A stretch of DNA of 64,000 nucleotides. Source: Flavobacteriales bacterium. Its GTDB lineage: Bacteria > Bacteroidota > Bacteroidia > Palsa-965. The notes below the pieces were generated by a model, which had not been told where the DNA came from, searched no databases, and was given only the letters and a program-made list of their open reading frames with translations. Of the stretch, positions 1 to 9,218 are shown piece by piece. The position numbers were made by a program, and so were the translations under genes. The stretch's first letter is position 1. Each line of letters starts with the position of its first letter. Location of the stretch: the NCBI GenBank assembly GCA_040377305.1, contig JBEIPA010000012.1, positions 27,653 to 91,652 on the forward strand, in the 5' to 3' direction.

Positions 1-892
1 CACCAAATTTAATTGCGTCCCAGATCTGTGGTTCTTTCTCGCGTGTGAGGTCGATGCATTTCGCATAGCAACCACCTTCGAAGTTGAACACAGAATCGTC
101 TGACCAGCCGTGCTCGTCGTCGCCGATAAGCGCGCGGTTCGGATCAGCAGACAATGTTGTTTTGCCGGTTCCGGAGAGTCCGAAGAACACTGCAGTGTCT
201 CCGTCTTTTCCCTGGTTCGCCGAGCAGTGCATTGACAATACACCTTTCTCGTGCGGCAGAATATAATTCAGGAGGGTGAAAATTCCTTTTTTGATTTCGC
301 CGGTGTAACCCGTTCCGCCAATGATGATCACTTTCTTCGTGAGGTTCATCACCGCGAAATTGTGCTGACGCGTTCCATCAGTTGCCGGATTTGCTTTGAA
401 TCCCGGTGCACAGATGATGTGCCACTCCGGTGCAAAGTTTTCAATCTCGTCACGTGTAGGGCGCAGGAACAAGTTGTTCGCGAAAAGATTTGACCAAGGG
501 AACTCAGTCACAACACGAAGATTCAGACGGTACTTCGGATCTGCACACGCATACGCATCGCGCACGTAAACTTCTTTCCCACTGAGATAAGCAGTAACGC
601 GATTGTACAGTGCATCGAATTTCGCAGCATCAAATTTGATATTGATATCGCCCCACCAGATGGCGTCTTTGCTGATATCATCGTACACCATGAATTTATC
701 TTTTGGTGAACGACCCGTAAATTCTCCGGTATCGATTGCGAGTGCACCTGTATCGGTTAGTTCGCCTTCGCCTCTCATCAACGTCTCTTCAACAAGTTCA
801 GCGGGAGTTAGATTCCACCAGGCAGCTGCAACGTTTCCCAGTCCAAGTGGTTCAATAGAGGCATTCTTGCCTTTCAACCCAAATTCGTTCAT
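1..892 (-). CDS. pckA: phosphoenolpyruvate carboxykinase (ATP), N-terminal ~297 codons; C-terminus runs off the left edge
   Basis: Absent from the ORF track because it is open at the window edge. Reverse translation from the ATG at 892-890 gives MNEFGLKGKNASIE... Further in it reads GDTAVFFGLSGTGKTTLSADPNRALIGDDEHGWSDDSVFNFEGGCYAKCIDL, which carries the P-loop and LIGDDEHGW motifs of ATP-dependent PEPCK. Plus-strand track ORFs 84-899 are shadows of this gene. Confidence 0.9.
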   Translation of the reverse strand, partial: MNEFGLKGKNASIEPLGLGNVAAAWWNLTPAELVEETLMRGEGELTDTGALAIDTGEFTGRSPKDKFMVYDDISKDAIWWGDINIKFDAAKFDALYNRVTAYLSGKEVYVRDAYACADPKYRLNLRVVTEFPWSNLFANNLFLRPTRDEIENFAPEWHIICAPGFKANPATDGTRQHNFAVMNLTKKVIIIGGTGYTGEIKKGIFTLLNYILPHEKGVLSMHCSANQGKDGDTAVFFGLSGTGKTTLSADPNRALIGDDEHGWSDDSVFNFEGGCYAKCIDLTREKEPQIWDAIKFG

Positions 893-1324
893 TCTTTAAG
901 TCTTTTTGCGGAAAAATCACCCAAAGGCCCGATTTTCCGTGGTTAAATAATGATGAAAAAAACAGGTCACAAAGGTACGGAATCCTTCAAAAACCGAGGC
1001 TTGTGTAATGCTCCTTTTCACACAAGTTGAGGTTCATGACCCTGATTGTAATTAACTGTATAATAGCTTGTTATGTAGAATCATGACGACGATCAGGTTG
1101 AATGGTGTTGATAAATCGATCAGTGGAAATTGGAACGCGGATTTTGAAGTTCGTTGTTTTCTGTTCACTTAATTCGGATCACCCTTCTCAATTTCAAGGG
1201 TCGATTTTGGATTTTATGAGATAAACTCAAGCTACACTCATAAGATCCCGGTACCCGCATTTTCTGTTTAAATCACTCATCCAGACGAAAGAACTAACAC
1301 CAAAAGCACATCAAAATCCGCGAT

Positions 1325-1813
1325 CTATTTATCGCATGCAACATTCTCGTAGAAGTAAACCAAGTCCCGTTTCGTAATCTGACTTTTCAGATCGTTGATG
1401 AATTTTTGCTGATCACCGGCGGAAGTATTTTTCAACGGAAAGCAGTAATTCATTTCACCTTCACGTCCCCAGGGAGAAACGTTGTACTGAACTCCATTCT
1501 GCTTCGCGAGCCATGCATCCAGTTTTGCTTTTTGTGTATCGTCAATGCCCATGCCTTGGCTGATAAATGCCACCATGAAGCGAACGGTGTCTGCATTCTG
1601 TGGAGAACTTTTCTCAGTTGACGCATCGTTCGGATTGAGATCGAGCGTGTCGGTGATGGTGACGCGGCTGGGAGAAGTTGTTGGAATCAGGGTTGTATCC
1701 TGCGGGATTGAGTCGTTTTCGCTGGTGTTGTTATTCACGCAAGAGAACAACAGAATTGCAATTGTCAAAAAGCAGCTTATTCGTAGCATATTAATTCGCG
1801 TTTTTTCACTCAA
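1325..1813 (-). CDS. lipoprotein-like secreted protein with one copy of an uncharacterised ~90-aa WGREGE module
   Basis: 162-aa ORF. Hydrophobic N-terminus ends in LLFSC (lipobox-like), followed by an S/T/P-rich linker. The C-terminal VRFMVAFISQGMGID...WLAKQ...PWGREGEMNYCF...ENVACDK aligns with the three repeats of the neighbouring 390-aa protein. Confidence 0.7.
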   Translation of the reverse strand: MSEKTRINMLRISCFLTIAILLFSCVNNNTSENDSIPQDTTLIPTTSPSRVTITDTLDLNPNDASTEKSSPQNADTVRFMVAFISQGMGIDDTQKAKLDAWLAKQNGVQYNVSPWGREGEMNYCFPLKNTSAGDQQKFINDLKSQITKRDLVYFYENVACDK

Positions 1814-1858
1814 CTGCTGCCTTAATCATGCCATGCTCGTTGCGCGCAAGTGCGCTTG

Positions 1859-1931
1859 CCACAGATGCGCAGATTTCTCAGATTTCGCAAATTGAAATTG
1901 TATTTAATCTGTGTAATCTGCGCATCTGCGG
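1859..1931. repeat. long imperfect inverted repeat (hairpin element) between the two WGREGE-module genes
   Basis: CCACAGATGCGCAGATT (1859-1875) is the reverse complement of AATCTGCGCATCTGCGG (1915-1931) at 16 of 17 positions. The arms extend inward through repeated CAGATT/AATCTG units. Confidence 0.6.
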
Positions 1932-1966
1932 CGAAAGAAAAAGCCGATATCTAAATTGACACTGGC

Positions 1967-1993
1967 TTTTCAAATCTTCAAATTTTCAAATCA
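1967..1993. repeat. copy of the TTTGAAGATTCGAA-type intergenic repeat family (reverse orientation)
   Basis: TTTTCAAATCTTCAAATTTTCAAATCA. Related copies lie at 3275-3310, 4255-4294, 61116-61150 and 61195-61223. Confidence 0.55.
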
Positions 1994-3163
1994 TTTCCTC
2001 TTATCACACTTCCCCCATTCCTCAACCACCACCAACTCATTCTCTCCAATAAAAGTTCTTAAATCTCTCACGAAAATATCCTGCTGACGATTGGTTTTAC
2101 CTTTCAGCGCGATGCAGATATTTGTTTCGCCTTCGCGTCCCCAGTTTTTGTCTTCATACTCCACGTTCTGTTCTTTCAGCCAGTTCTCGAGACGTTCTTT
2201 TGCTTTCATGTCGATTCCTTCACCGTGACTGACGAATGAAACGACCACACGAGCCATGTTTGATGAATCGGTTTTCGGAGCATCGGGTGCTTCTGCAATA
2301 ACCTGACTGCTGATTTCGTTGTGCGCGTGCGAATGTGTACACTCCTTGTTTTCGGTGACAAATGTCTTCGAGTTCGTTCCAACTGCAGCGCGGATATCAT
2401 TCACAATGCGGGTTTGATCTGCTTTGCTTTTATCAGAGAGCTTGAAGCAATACGTCAATTCACCTTCACGTCCTTCCGGAGATTTTGAATATTTCACATC
2501 GGGATGTTTCGATAAATATTTTTCCAGATTCGCATGACCAACCTGATCAATTCCGTCTCCCGGACTTAGAAAAGAAACAACGAGTCGTGTTACGCTTGCC
2601 GAATCTGTTTTCGGAAGATATGGTGCTTCTTCAACGTCGGGCATTGTAACAACATGCAATTCGTGTTTGTGTGTACAGACTTTATTTTCCTTCATCAACA
2701 CTTTCGCATTCGAGCCCACCAACGTTTTTACGTCACTCACGGCTTTGTTCTGTGCTTCGGCTGTTGTTCCCAAAGAAATGAAACAATAGTCCACTTCACC
2801 TTCACGTCCCCATTGGTTCTGCGCGTATTTTATTTCCGGATGTTTCGACAACCACTTGTCTAAGTTCGTTTGTGCTGCAATATCAATTCCACCACCGGTG
2901 CTGATGAAAGAAACAACCAGTCGCGTGCGAATGGAATCGGGTTTGCTACCAACAATAATCATTGTATCCGGTGAATTCGTATTTCCGGTCGTCACGGTGC
3001 TGCCATTGCTGTTACTACCCGAAGAGTTGCCGTTGTTATTCGTGTTCGAATACCCATTCGGATCGGGCTGAGCAGGAGTATCACTCGACGTAGTGTGTTT
3101 CTGCGGACAAGCCATCAGGAATAAAGCGAGTGCGGGAATGAGAAGGAGTAGAGAGCGTTTCAT
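1991..3163 (-). CDS. lipoprotein with three tandem copies of the uncharacterised WGREGE module
   Basis: 390-aa ORF. Signal ends in LFLMAC (lipobox), followed by an N/S/G/T-rich linker. Three ~95-aa repeats each read R-VVSF-S-G-GID...L..WL.K...Y...WGREGE..YCF/ICI...EN/EW-x-K-C. Confidence 0.75.
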   Translation of the reverse strand: MKRSLLLLIPALALFLMACPQKHTTSSDTPAQPDPNGYSNTNNNGNSSGSNSNGSTVTTGNTNSPDTMIIVGSKPDSIRTRLVVSFISTGGGIDIAAQTNLDKWLSKHPEIKYAQNQWGREGEVDYCFISLGTTAEAQNKAVSDVKTLVGSNAKVLMKENKVCTHKHELHVVTMPDVEEAPYLPKTDSASVTRLVVSFLSPGDGIDQVGHANLEKYLSKHPDVKYSKSPEGREGELTYCFKLSDKSKADQTRIVNDIRAAVGTNSKTFVTENKECTHSHAHNEISSQVIAEAPDAPKTDSSNMARVVVSFVSHGEGIDMKAKERLENWLKEQNVEYEDKNWGREGETNICIALKGKTNRQQDIFVRDLRTFIGENELVVVEEWGKCDKRK

Positions 3164-3274
3164 AGGGTAAATGTATTGGTTACGGGAGATATTGCCTAAA
3201 GTGTGCCAGAAGAGTTGGGAGTCCGGAGATGGGAGACGGGAGTAGGTAGGTGGTGTGATCAGTCAAACAAGTGG

Positions 3275-3310
3275 AAATTTGAATATTCGAAAATTTGAAG
3301 ATTCGATAAA
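3275..3310. repeat. copy of the TTTGAAGATTCGAA-type intergenic repeat family
   Basis: AAATTTGAATATTCGAAAATTTGAAGATTCGATAAA. Confidence 0.55.
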
Positions 3311-3416
3311 GACTTTAACGTTTACACTTTAAATAGTAGAATTATTCGTAGTAGTTTCAATTCCACTTAATCCAAATTCTCATGGTCCGGAATTGTATCG
3401 CTATCATCGGAAAATA

Positions 3417-4262
3417 ATGCAAACAACTGAATTCAGAACCCTCCGCGGAATTGACGAGAACGAACTGCTTCGTGCGTTCAACGAATCGTTTGCGAACTAT
3501 TTCGTGACTGTCCAACTCACGCTTCAAGACCTGCGTGAAATGATCTCCGCCGATCACATCGATTTGGAATTATCGGCAGGCGCTTTTGCAGATAACAAGC
3601 TCGTCGGATTTATTCTTCACGCGTTTGATTGCATAGACGGAAAGAATACCGCTTACAATGCAGGCACCGGTGTTATTCCCGATCAGCGCGGAAAAGGAAT
3701 TACGAAGCAGATGTACGATTTCATTCTGCCCGCACTACAAGAACGAAAGATCGACGTCGTTCAGCTCGAAGTAATTGCTCAGAACGCACCCGCAATAAAA
3801 ATTTACGAATCAATTGGTTTCACTGCCGAACGTCGTTTGCCTTGTTACCGCGGAAAAATTACTGCGCAAGCAAACAGCGAAGTGACCATCAATGAGCTTT
3901 CGCATTACGATTGGCCTCTGCTTAGATCGTTCTGGAATTTCTCTCCCACCTGGCAGAATTCTGTGCTCGTACTGAATGAGCTGAAGTCAACCAACAAATT
4001 GTTTGGTGCATTTCTCGCTGAGGAATTAGTTGGTTATCTCGTTTACAATCCGCACAGCAAACGCATACAGCAGTTCGCAGTTCATCCGGATTTTCGAAGG
4101 AGGAAAGTCGCTTCTACTTTGTTCGCGCACGTGAGCACAAAGCAGGAAGAAGCGTTTAAGGTGATTAATGTTGATGGAGGAGATGAGGGAGTGAATGCGT
4201 TTTTGAGGAGAGTGGGGATGGAGGGGTATGTGGAGCAGGTGGGGATGCAATTAAAAATTTGA
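3417..4262 (+). CDS. GNAT family N-acetyltransferase (two GNAT-like halves)
   Basis: QRGKGITKQMYDFILPALQERKIDVVQLEVIAQNAPAIKIYESIGF matches the acetyl-CoA binding motif A (Q/R-x-x-G-x-G/A). A second half carries FRRRKVASTLF. I prefer the ATG at 3417 over the TTG at 3393 listed in the track. Confidence 0.75.
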   Translation: MQTTEFRTLRGIDENELLRAFNESFANYFVTVQLTLQDLREMISADHIDLELSAGAFADNKLVGFILHAFDCIDGKNTAYNAGTGVIPDQRGKGITKQMYDFILPALQERKIDVVQLEVIAQNAPAIKIYESIGFTAERRLPCYRGKITAQANSEVTINELSHYDWPLLRSFWNFSPTWQNSVLVLNELKSTNKLFGAFLAEELVGYLVYNPHSKRIQQFAVHPDFRRRKVASTLFAHVSTKQEEAFKVINVDGGDEGVNAFLRRVGMEGYVEQVGMQLKI

Positions 4263-4294
4263 GATTTAAGGATTCGAGGATTTGAAGATTCGAT
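4255..4294. repeat. copy of the TTTGAAGATTCGAA-type intergenic repeat family
   Basis: AAATTTGAGATTTAAGGATTCGAGGATTTGAAGATTCGAT, overlapping the stop codon of the GNAT gene. Confidence 0.55.
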
Positions 4295-4655
4295 ATGCAC
4301 CGGATGTCTGGCCAGAAATTGGAACAACGCTGCAAGAGTTAAACGCTTGCAGGGTTATGCGCGCGCGAGGATATGAAAGCTTCCTATAAGCTTCAGCTAT
4401 TGAAAGAACAAATACCGCTTACTCCACTATGGACGCGAAGAACCGTCGATGGCATACATTCTTCCGTAAATCTGAATACGTAAGATCCACTTAAAATCTC
4501 AACCCCTTTTTAGTCTTCACGTCTGCTTGTACGGTAACATGAGAGTTCACGAAGCATCCATGTAACCAACGGTCGTATTGGCGTAAGGAGTGGAGTGAGA
4601 ACACGAGGAATAGCGGTGTGCAGGGACTATTTTTATTCTGATAAAACCCCGCACC

Positions 4656-5573
4656 ATGAAGCTCATTAAATTCACAGGCCTCGTCCTCTGCGCGATTGTT
4701 GCGTTGGTAGTTGTGTTCTTCTCTTCACAAGCATTCGAAGAACCCAGGTTGAATAAGAGATTTCAGGCGTTTGATGTTCCTCCAATCTTTCTTCGCAATG
4801 TGTCGTACGGCAGCGATCCGTCACAAACAATGGATATTTATCTGCCGAAACAGTGGGACACAACCACTCCGGTGATTTTGGTAATTCATGGAGGTGGATG
4901 GGTGAGCGGAGATAAAGACGATGCGCACGGATTGTTAGTCATGTTTGCACAGCAATATCCGGAATGTGCGGTTGTAAATCTGAATTATCGTCTGTCGATG
5001 GAAGGCAGTCCCGCGTTTCCTAAGCAGCCCCAGGATATCGCAGCTGCGGTGAAGAAGTTGCGGGCAGAGTACAACTTATCTCAGAAGTACTTCGTGTTTG
5101 GTTCATCAGCAGGAGGATTTCTGGCAATGATGTACGCGTATGCTTTCGACAGCACGAATCTTGTTCAGGGCGTATTCAGCAGTGTAGGCTTGTGCGATTT
5201 GACTGATTCTAAATTTCAGAGTGGATCGAGTCGTATGTATGCGGAAGTAATCGTTGGTCCCGGATCTTTTACAAAAGACACTGCGAAGTACATTGAAGCC
5301 AGTCCGGTGAATTACATCGATGAAGAAACACCACCTACGATTGCATTTTACGGTGAAGATGACTCGCTCGTTCCGGTTTCTCAAAAGGAGATTCTCGAAG
5401 AAGAATTGGAAACACATGGAGTGCCGAATGTGGTTGTTTCTTACAAAGGTGCTGGTCACCGCTGGAATCAGGAAGCTCTGGAAGACTGCAAAATGCGCTT
5501 GTTCAAGTTCGTTGAGAAGAGTCTTTATCTGAAGAAAGTTTCTCAGAGTGCGCAGGATTTGAAACGAAGGTAA
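4656..5573 (+). CDS. alpha/beta hydrolase (esterase/lipase, HGGG type)
   Basis: N-terminal membrane anchor or signal. Oxyanion motif VIHGGGW and nucleophile elbow GSSAGG, with a late D and H (GAGHRW). Confidence 0.8.
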   Translation: MKLIKFTGLVLCAIVALVVVFFSSQAFEEPRLNKRFQAFDVPPIFLRNVSYGSDPSQTMDIYLPKQWDTTTPVILVIHGGGWVSGDKDDAHGLLVMFAQQYPECAVVNLNYRLSMEGSPAFPKQPQDIAAAVKKLRAEYNLSQKYFVFGSSAGGFLAMMYAYAFDSTNLVQGVFSSVGLCDLTDSKFQSGSSRMYAEVIVGPGSFTKDTAKYIEASPVNYIDEETPPTIAFYGEDDSLVPVSQKEILEEELETHGVPNVVVSYKGAGHRWNQEALEDCKMRLFKFVEKSLYLKKVSQSAQDLKRR

Positions 5574-5757
5574 TATCAACTATAGCGTGTACGTTGAAAA
5601 TGAAATGAGGGTCAACATGCTTGCCACGTGACTCCGAAATGATGTGCCGATATGCTGATATGCCGATTTGCAGACGGTAGGTGTGAGCAGCGGATGGTCA
5701 AAAAGACTTCACATTTTTTAGGTTGCCTTGGAATTTGTTTCCTGATACCTTGCTGCA

Positions 5758-6213
5758 ATGAATGTTTGGAAAGTAATCAGGTGGACACTATTCTGGATCG
5801 GAATGTTTGTCGGATTCATAGTACTTTTCACATACACTTTCGGACAGTGGCTGCCTGTTGAATTTGTTGATTGGAAGCCCAAAAGAATATACTACGACAC
5901 GTTAACAGATTTAACTCCGTTCGTTGTGTTGTCAATTCTGTTGGTCACGCTGAAAAAGGAACAAACTGGTGGATTTAAGATCGGACTTGTTACTGCGATT
6001 GTTGCAGCTGCTCCAGTCGTAATGTTCATTGTTGGAGCAATGAATTTTGGTCACAATTTCTGTGGGTGGGCAGATTCTGAGGTCATTGAAAGTGGCTCGG
6101 ATTACAGAATTGTAGAGCAGTATGAAGATTGTGGAATAGCATCCGGAGGAAGTCGCACAGTAAGAATTGAGCCCTTGTTCGGTTATTGGCAAATTGTCGC
6201 TGAAGTTCGTTAG
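5758..6213 (+). CDS. hypothetical membrane protein
   Basis: 151-aa ORF with about three hydrophobic helices. No recognisable motif. Confidence 0.5.
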   Translation: MNVWKVIRWTLFWIGMFVGFIVLFTYTFGQWLPVEFVDWKPKRIYYDTLTDLTPFVVLSILLVTLKKEQTGGFKIGLVTAIVAAAPVVMFIVGAMNFGHNFCGWADSEVIESGSDYRIVEQYEDCGIASGGSRTVRIEPLFGYWQIVAEVR

Positions 6214-6243
6214 TGTGAATATGATATTTCATAACTTCATTCG

Positions 6244-6621
6244 ATGAACACAATCGGCTATTTTGAAATTCAATCCTCTTTTCCTTCCCGCGAAGTTGCT
6301 TTCTATTCTGCAGTATTCGGATGGAAATTCACGCGCGATGAAAATATTGCACTGGAATATTTTCGCATTGAAACGAAAACGATCAATGGCGGTTTATTGA
6401 AAAGACCAGCTCCGATTCCAAAAGAAGGAATGGGAACAAATGCATTTGTAAATTCTGTACAGGTAGAAAATTTCGATCTTACATTTAACCTGATTCTCGG
6501 TAACGGCGGATCCATCGCAATGCCGAAGTTTGCTATCCCGGGAAAATGCTGGCAAGGCTATTTTATGGATGCGGATAATAATACGTTCGGGATTTTTGAG
6601 GTGGATGAGAATGCGAAGTAA
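6244..6621 (+). CDS. VOC (glyoxalase/bleomycin-resistance fold) family protein
   Basis: 125 aa. GYFEIQSS...FYSAVFGWKF...G..G..F.D.DNNTFGIFE is the pattern typical of small VOC proteins. Confidence 0.65.
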   Translation: MNTIGYFEIQSSFPSREVAFYSAVFGWKFTRDENIALEYFRIETKTINGGLLKRPAPIPKEGMGTNAFVNSVQVENFDLTFNLILGNGGSIAMPKFAIPGKCWQGYFMDADNNTFGIFEVDENAK

Positions 6622-6642
6622 CTTGGATTTATATTTTTCAAT

Positions 6643-7767
6643 ATGAAGAAATTACTATTCCTCGCCCTTGTTTCGTTATTGTATGAACCAGTAATTGCGC
6701 AGTGCGTTCCATCTTTCTCTTATTCAGGTTCAACAGACACTATTTCATTTATGAATAGTTCTGTAGTGTCTGATGCGCATTATTATTGGGACTTCGGTGA
6801 TGGCTCCGGATCCACAGTAGTTAGTCCCCTTCATATTTTTCCCGATGATGGAGAGTATCTCGTCACGCTTTATGTTCTTGATACGATTACCGGGTGTTCC
6901 GATTATTCTCAAAGCCGAATCAGTGTTGTCAAGCCGGACACGAGCACGTGTGATTTGCAGTTCAGCTATGTTATACAATCGTGCATTACGGATAGCTGCT
7001 TGTACATGACGGATTCATCTACGAATTGTGGTTGGACTTATAGAAATTTTGATGGAGGACCAGGACTGAATCACAATAACGTCTGGCTAGGAGGTGGTTG
7101 GGTGTCGGCTGTATTCCTAGCTCGGGAACAAGCGTACGTTATAGACACAGCGAGCAATAGTTACCTATTGAAAGAATATTATCAGACGGTTCCCTTTGCT
7201 TTCAGTCCCACAGTGAATTACCAGCCTTGTTCAGCGAACTTCGAAATTGAACTGACTTACTTGTGGAACGGTGCAATAGCAACTTTCACCGCTATGAACC
7301 GGTTTGCCACATCTTATCAGTGGGAAGTAATAGGTTTTGGAAATCCGATTTATTCAAGCACTAATGTCATTTCACAATTTTATCCCTACCAACCGGGCGA
7401 GCAAGCGTTTCCGTGGCTCGTGGTCTTAAGAACAAATGACACTATCAACGACTGCGGCGAAACTTTCACGAGACATGTTCTCATCCGGGATCCGTATTTC
7501 AATATTTCTACGGGAATTGAGGAAAGAACATCACCAGGACTAAACTGTTATCCAAACCCAACAACAGACATCTTAAATGTCAGTTTGCCTGGATCAAGTG
7601 GAATTAAAACCATCACCGTGATTGACGTGGTTGGTCATGAAGTGCATGGAACGACAACTGTACAGAACGAATTTAAACTTGATGTGAATGCACTGGCTCC
7701 TGGTTTATATTTGATTCAGGTAATTGATGGAGATAAAATTTACCATTCCCAATTCATTCGGCAATAG
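6643..7767 (+). CDS. secreted PKD-domain protein with T9SS C-terminal sorting domain
   Basis: Signal peptide. PKD signature YWDFGDGSGS. C-terminal CYPNPTTDILNV...GLYLIQV... is a Por secretion tail. Confidence 0.8.
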   Translation: MKKLLFLALVSLLYEPVIAQCVPSFSYSGSTDTISFMNSSVVSDAHYYWDFGDGSGSTVVSPLHIFPDDGEYLVTLYVLDTITGCSDYSQSRISVVKPDTSTCDLQFSYVIQSCITDSCLYMTDSSTNCGWTYRNFDGGPGLNHNNVWLGGGWVSAVFLAREQAYVIDTASNSYLLKEYYQTVPFAFSPTVNYQPCSANFEIELTYLWNGAIATFTAMNRFATSYQWEVIGFGNPIYSSTNVISQFYPYQPGEQAFPWLVVLRTNDTINDCGETFTRHVLIRDPYFNISTGIEERTSPGLNCYPNPTTDILNVSLPGSSGIKTITVIDVVGHEVHGTTTVQNEFKLDVNALAPGLYLIQVIDGDKIYHSQFIRQ

Positions 7768-7817
7768 CCCCTATACGACCATCGTCCGAAGAAATTATTT
7801 GAAGGCTAACTTACATT

Positions 7818-8279
7818 ATGAAAAAATCCATCCTCCTTTATTCTTCCCTGATCCTCCTCTCAACTTCCTGCGGAGAAACCTATCAACCCAATGCAGACTC
7901 TGTACCAGTTGCAAAAGAAGTCACTGCAAATGATCAACCTTCGGAACCCGTAGCTATGAGCGATCCCAAAGTATTCTACTACGACTATGTCGGACAACGC
8001 GGTGCAGAGGAAGCACTCGTGATGAGCAAAGAAGATGCGCTTACTGAAATGAAAAATCTGCCGGAAGAAGATGGTAACTTTTTTGGTCTCGAATTGAGCG
8101 ACGGCAAAATCGTTCAGTTCATGTACGATGAAAAGAAAGCAACCTGGTTCCTCGATATTCCAAATCCGGTGACGCAGGATTCGTACAATGCAGATGTAAC
8201 ACGTGACGATGTGCTAAAAATCATCAGCGATGTTTATGACGGGAAGAATGCTGATGATGTAACGGCAGCTTATAAATAA
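7818..8279 (+). CDS. hypothetical lipoprotein
   Basis: 153-aa ORF with signal plus lipobox (LLSTSC). No recognised domain. Confidence 0.6.
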   Translation: MKKSILLYSSLILLSTSCGETYQPNADSVPVAKEVTANDQPSEPVAMSDPKVFYYDYVGQRGAEEALVMSKEDALTEMKNLPEEDGNFFGLELSDGKIVQFMYDEKKATWFLDIPNPVTQDSYNADVTRDDVLKIISDVYDGKNADDVTAAYK

Positions 8280-8552
8280 GCTTTGCGTTCCTTTGCGGCT
8301 TGGCGCCTTTGTAGTTAAATGTCAACTGTTTTTTAGGGCAGGTACCGCAGTAACATACACACAGTCGTCGGCAACTTACTGCAACGGCTCCGGAAATATC
8401 TTTGGGGCATTATGATGATACTCGTGCCCACATTTGCTCTTCTGGGCAAAACTGTGTCATTCTCTCCACGATAAATCTTTACTTAGCAAAAAATAGTTCT
8501 TCACGGTTTCACAACATGGGTATAATTTTGTCGGATAAACAAAAACAAACCC

Positions 8553-9074
8553 ATGAAGGCAATAATTTTCACGATCTGTTGTTCCGCTGTGCTGATTGCA
8601 TGCAACAACAAGAAAGATTACGGTAGGTATAATACTGCAGTCGATAATGCAAGAACGTACTTCAACACGGAGCGCGGTGATGATGCTGAGTACGAAGAAA
8701 TATCATGGAGCGCACCGGAACCACGCAAAGTCGAGTGGAAGACATCGGATCGCTACAAATTGTATCAGGATACAATCGTGATGATGCAGGAACAGTTGCG
8801 CATCATGAACGACAGCCTTGAGATCGAAATGCAAATGAACGGGGCAGAAACACCGTATTATAATTCCCTGCGGATGCGTCGCGATGGCTACCAGATGTAC
8901 TACACCACGTACAACAATGAAGTGGAAAGAATGAAAGCGTATGATAATAATCCGGAGTATCGCGGCTATTCAATCTATCACGAATACAATATGGATGGAT
9001 CGCCGAAACACGTGCGCATCATTTTCGATGACACCACCACATGGCATGCGACTGAAGTTATCTACGAAGAATAA
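8553..9074 (+). CDS. hypothetical lipoprotein
   Basis: 173-aa ORF with signal plus lipobox (VLIAC). No recognised domain. Confidence 0.6.
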   Translation: MKAIIFTICCSAVLIACNNKKDYGRYNTAVDNARTYFNTERGDDAEYEEISWSAPEPRKVEWKTSDRYKLYQDTIVMMQEQLRIMNDSLEIEMQMNGAETPYYNSLRMRRDGYQMYYTTYNNEVERMKAYDNNPEYRGYSIYHEYNMDGSPKHVRIIFDDTTTWHATEVIYEE

Positions 9075-9218
9075 ACACATAGTAACATAGACCGTCGTTT
9101 TCTGGTTGGGCGAAAGGAATACATAGTCCACAGGAGGATATCGCTTTACGCGATATTCTCTTGTGAACTATGATCGCGTAGCGCCTTAGCACTCAACGAA
9201 AACTATGTTCCTATGTGG
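9075..9218. repeat. nested palindromic (MITE/REP-like) element between convergent genes
   Basis: Outer inverted repeat CACATAGTAACATAG / CTATGTTCCTATGTG. Inner 23-nt arms CATAGTCCACAGGAGGATATCGC / GCGATATTCTCTTGTGAACTATG (20 of 23 complementary) surround a TTTAC loop. Confidence 0.6.

Noticed and set aside
84-899. Plus-strand track ORFs at the left edge (84-266, 251-493, 603-899), and minus-strand ORF 523-747.
   Set aside because: The pckA frame on the minus strand explains the whole region with strong motif support.
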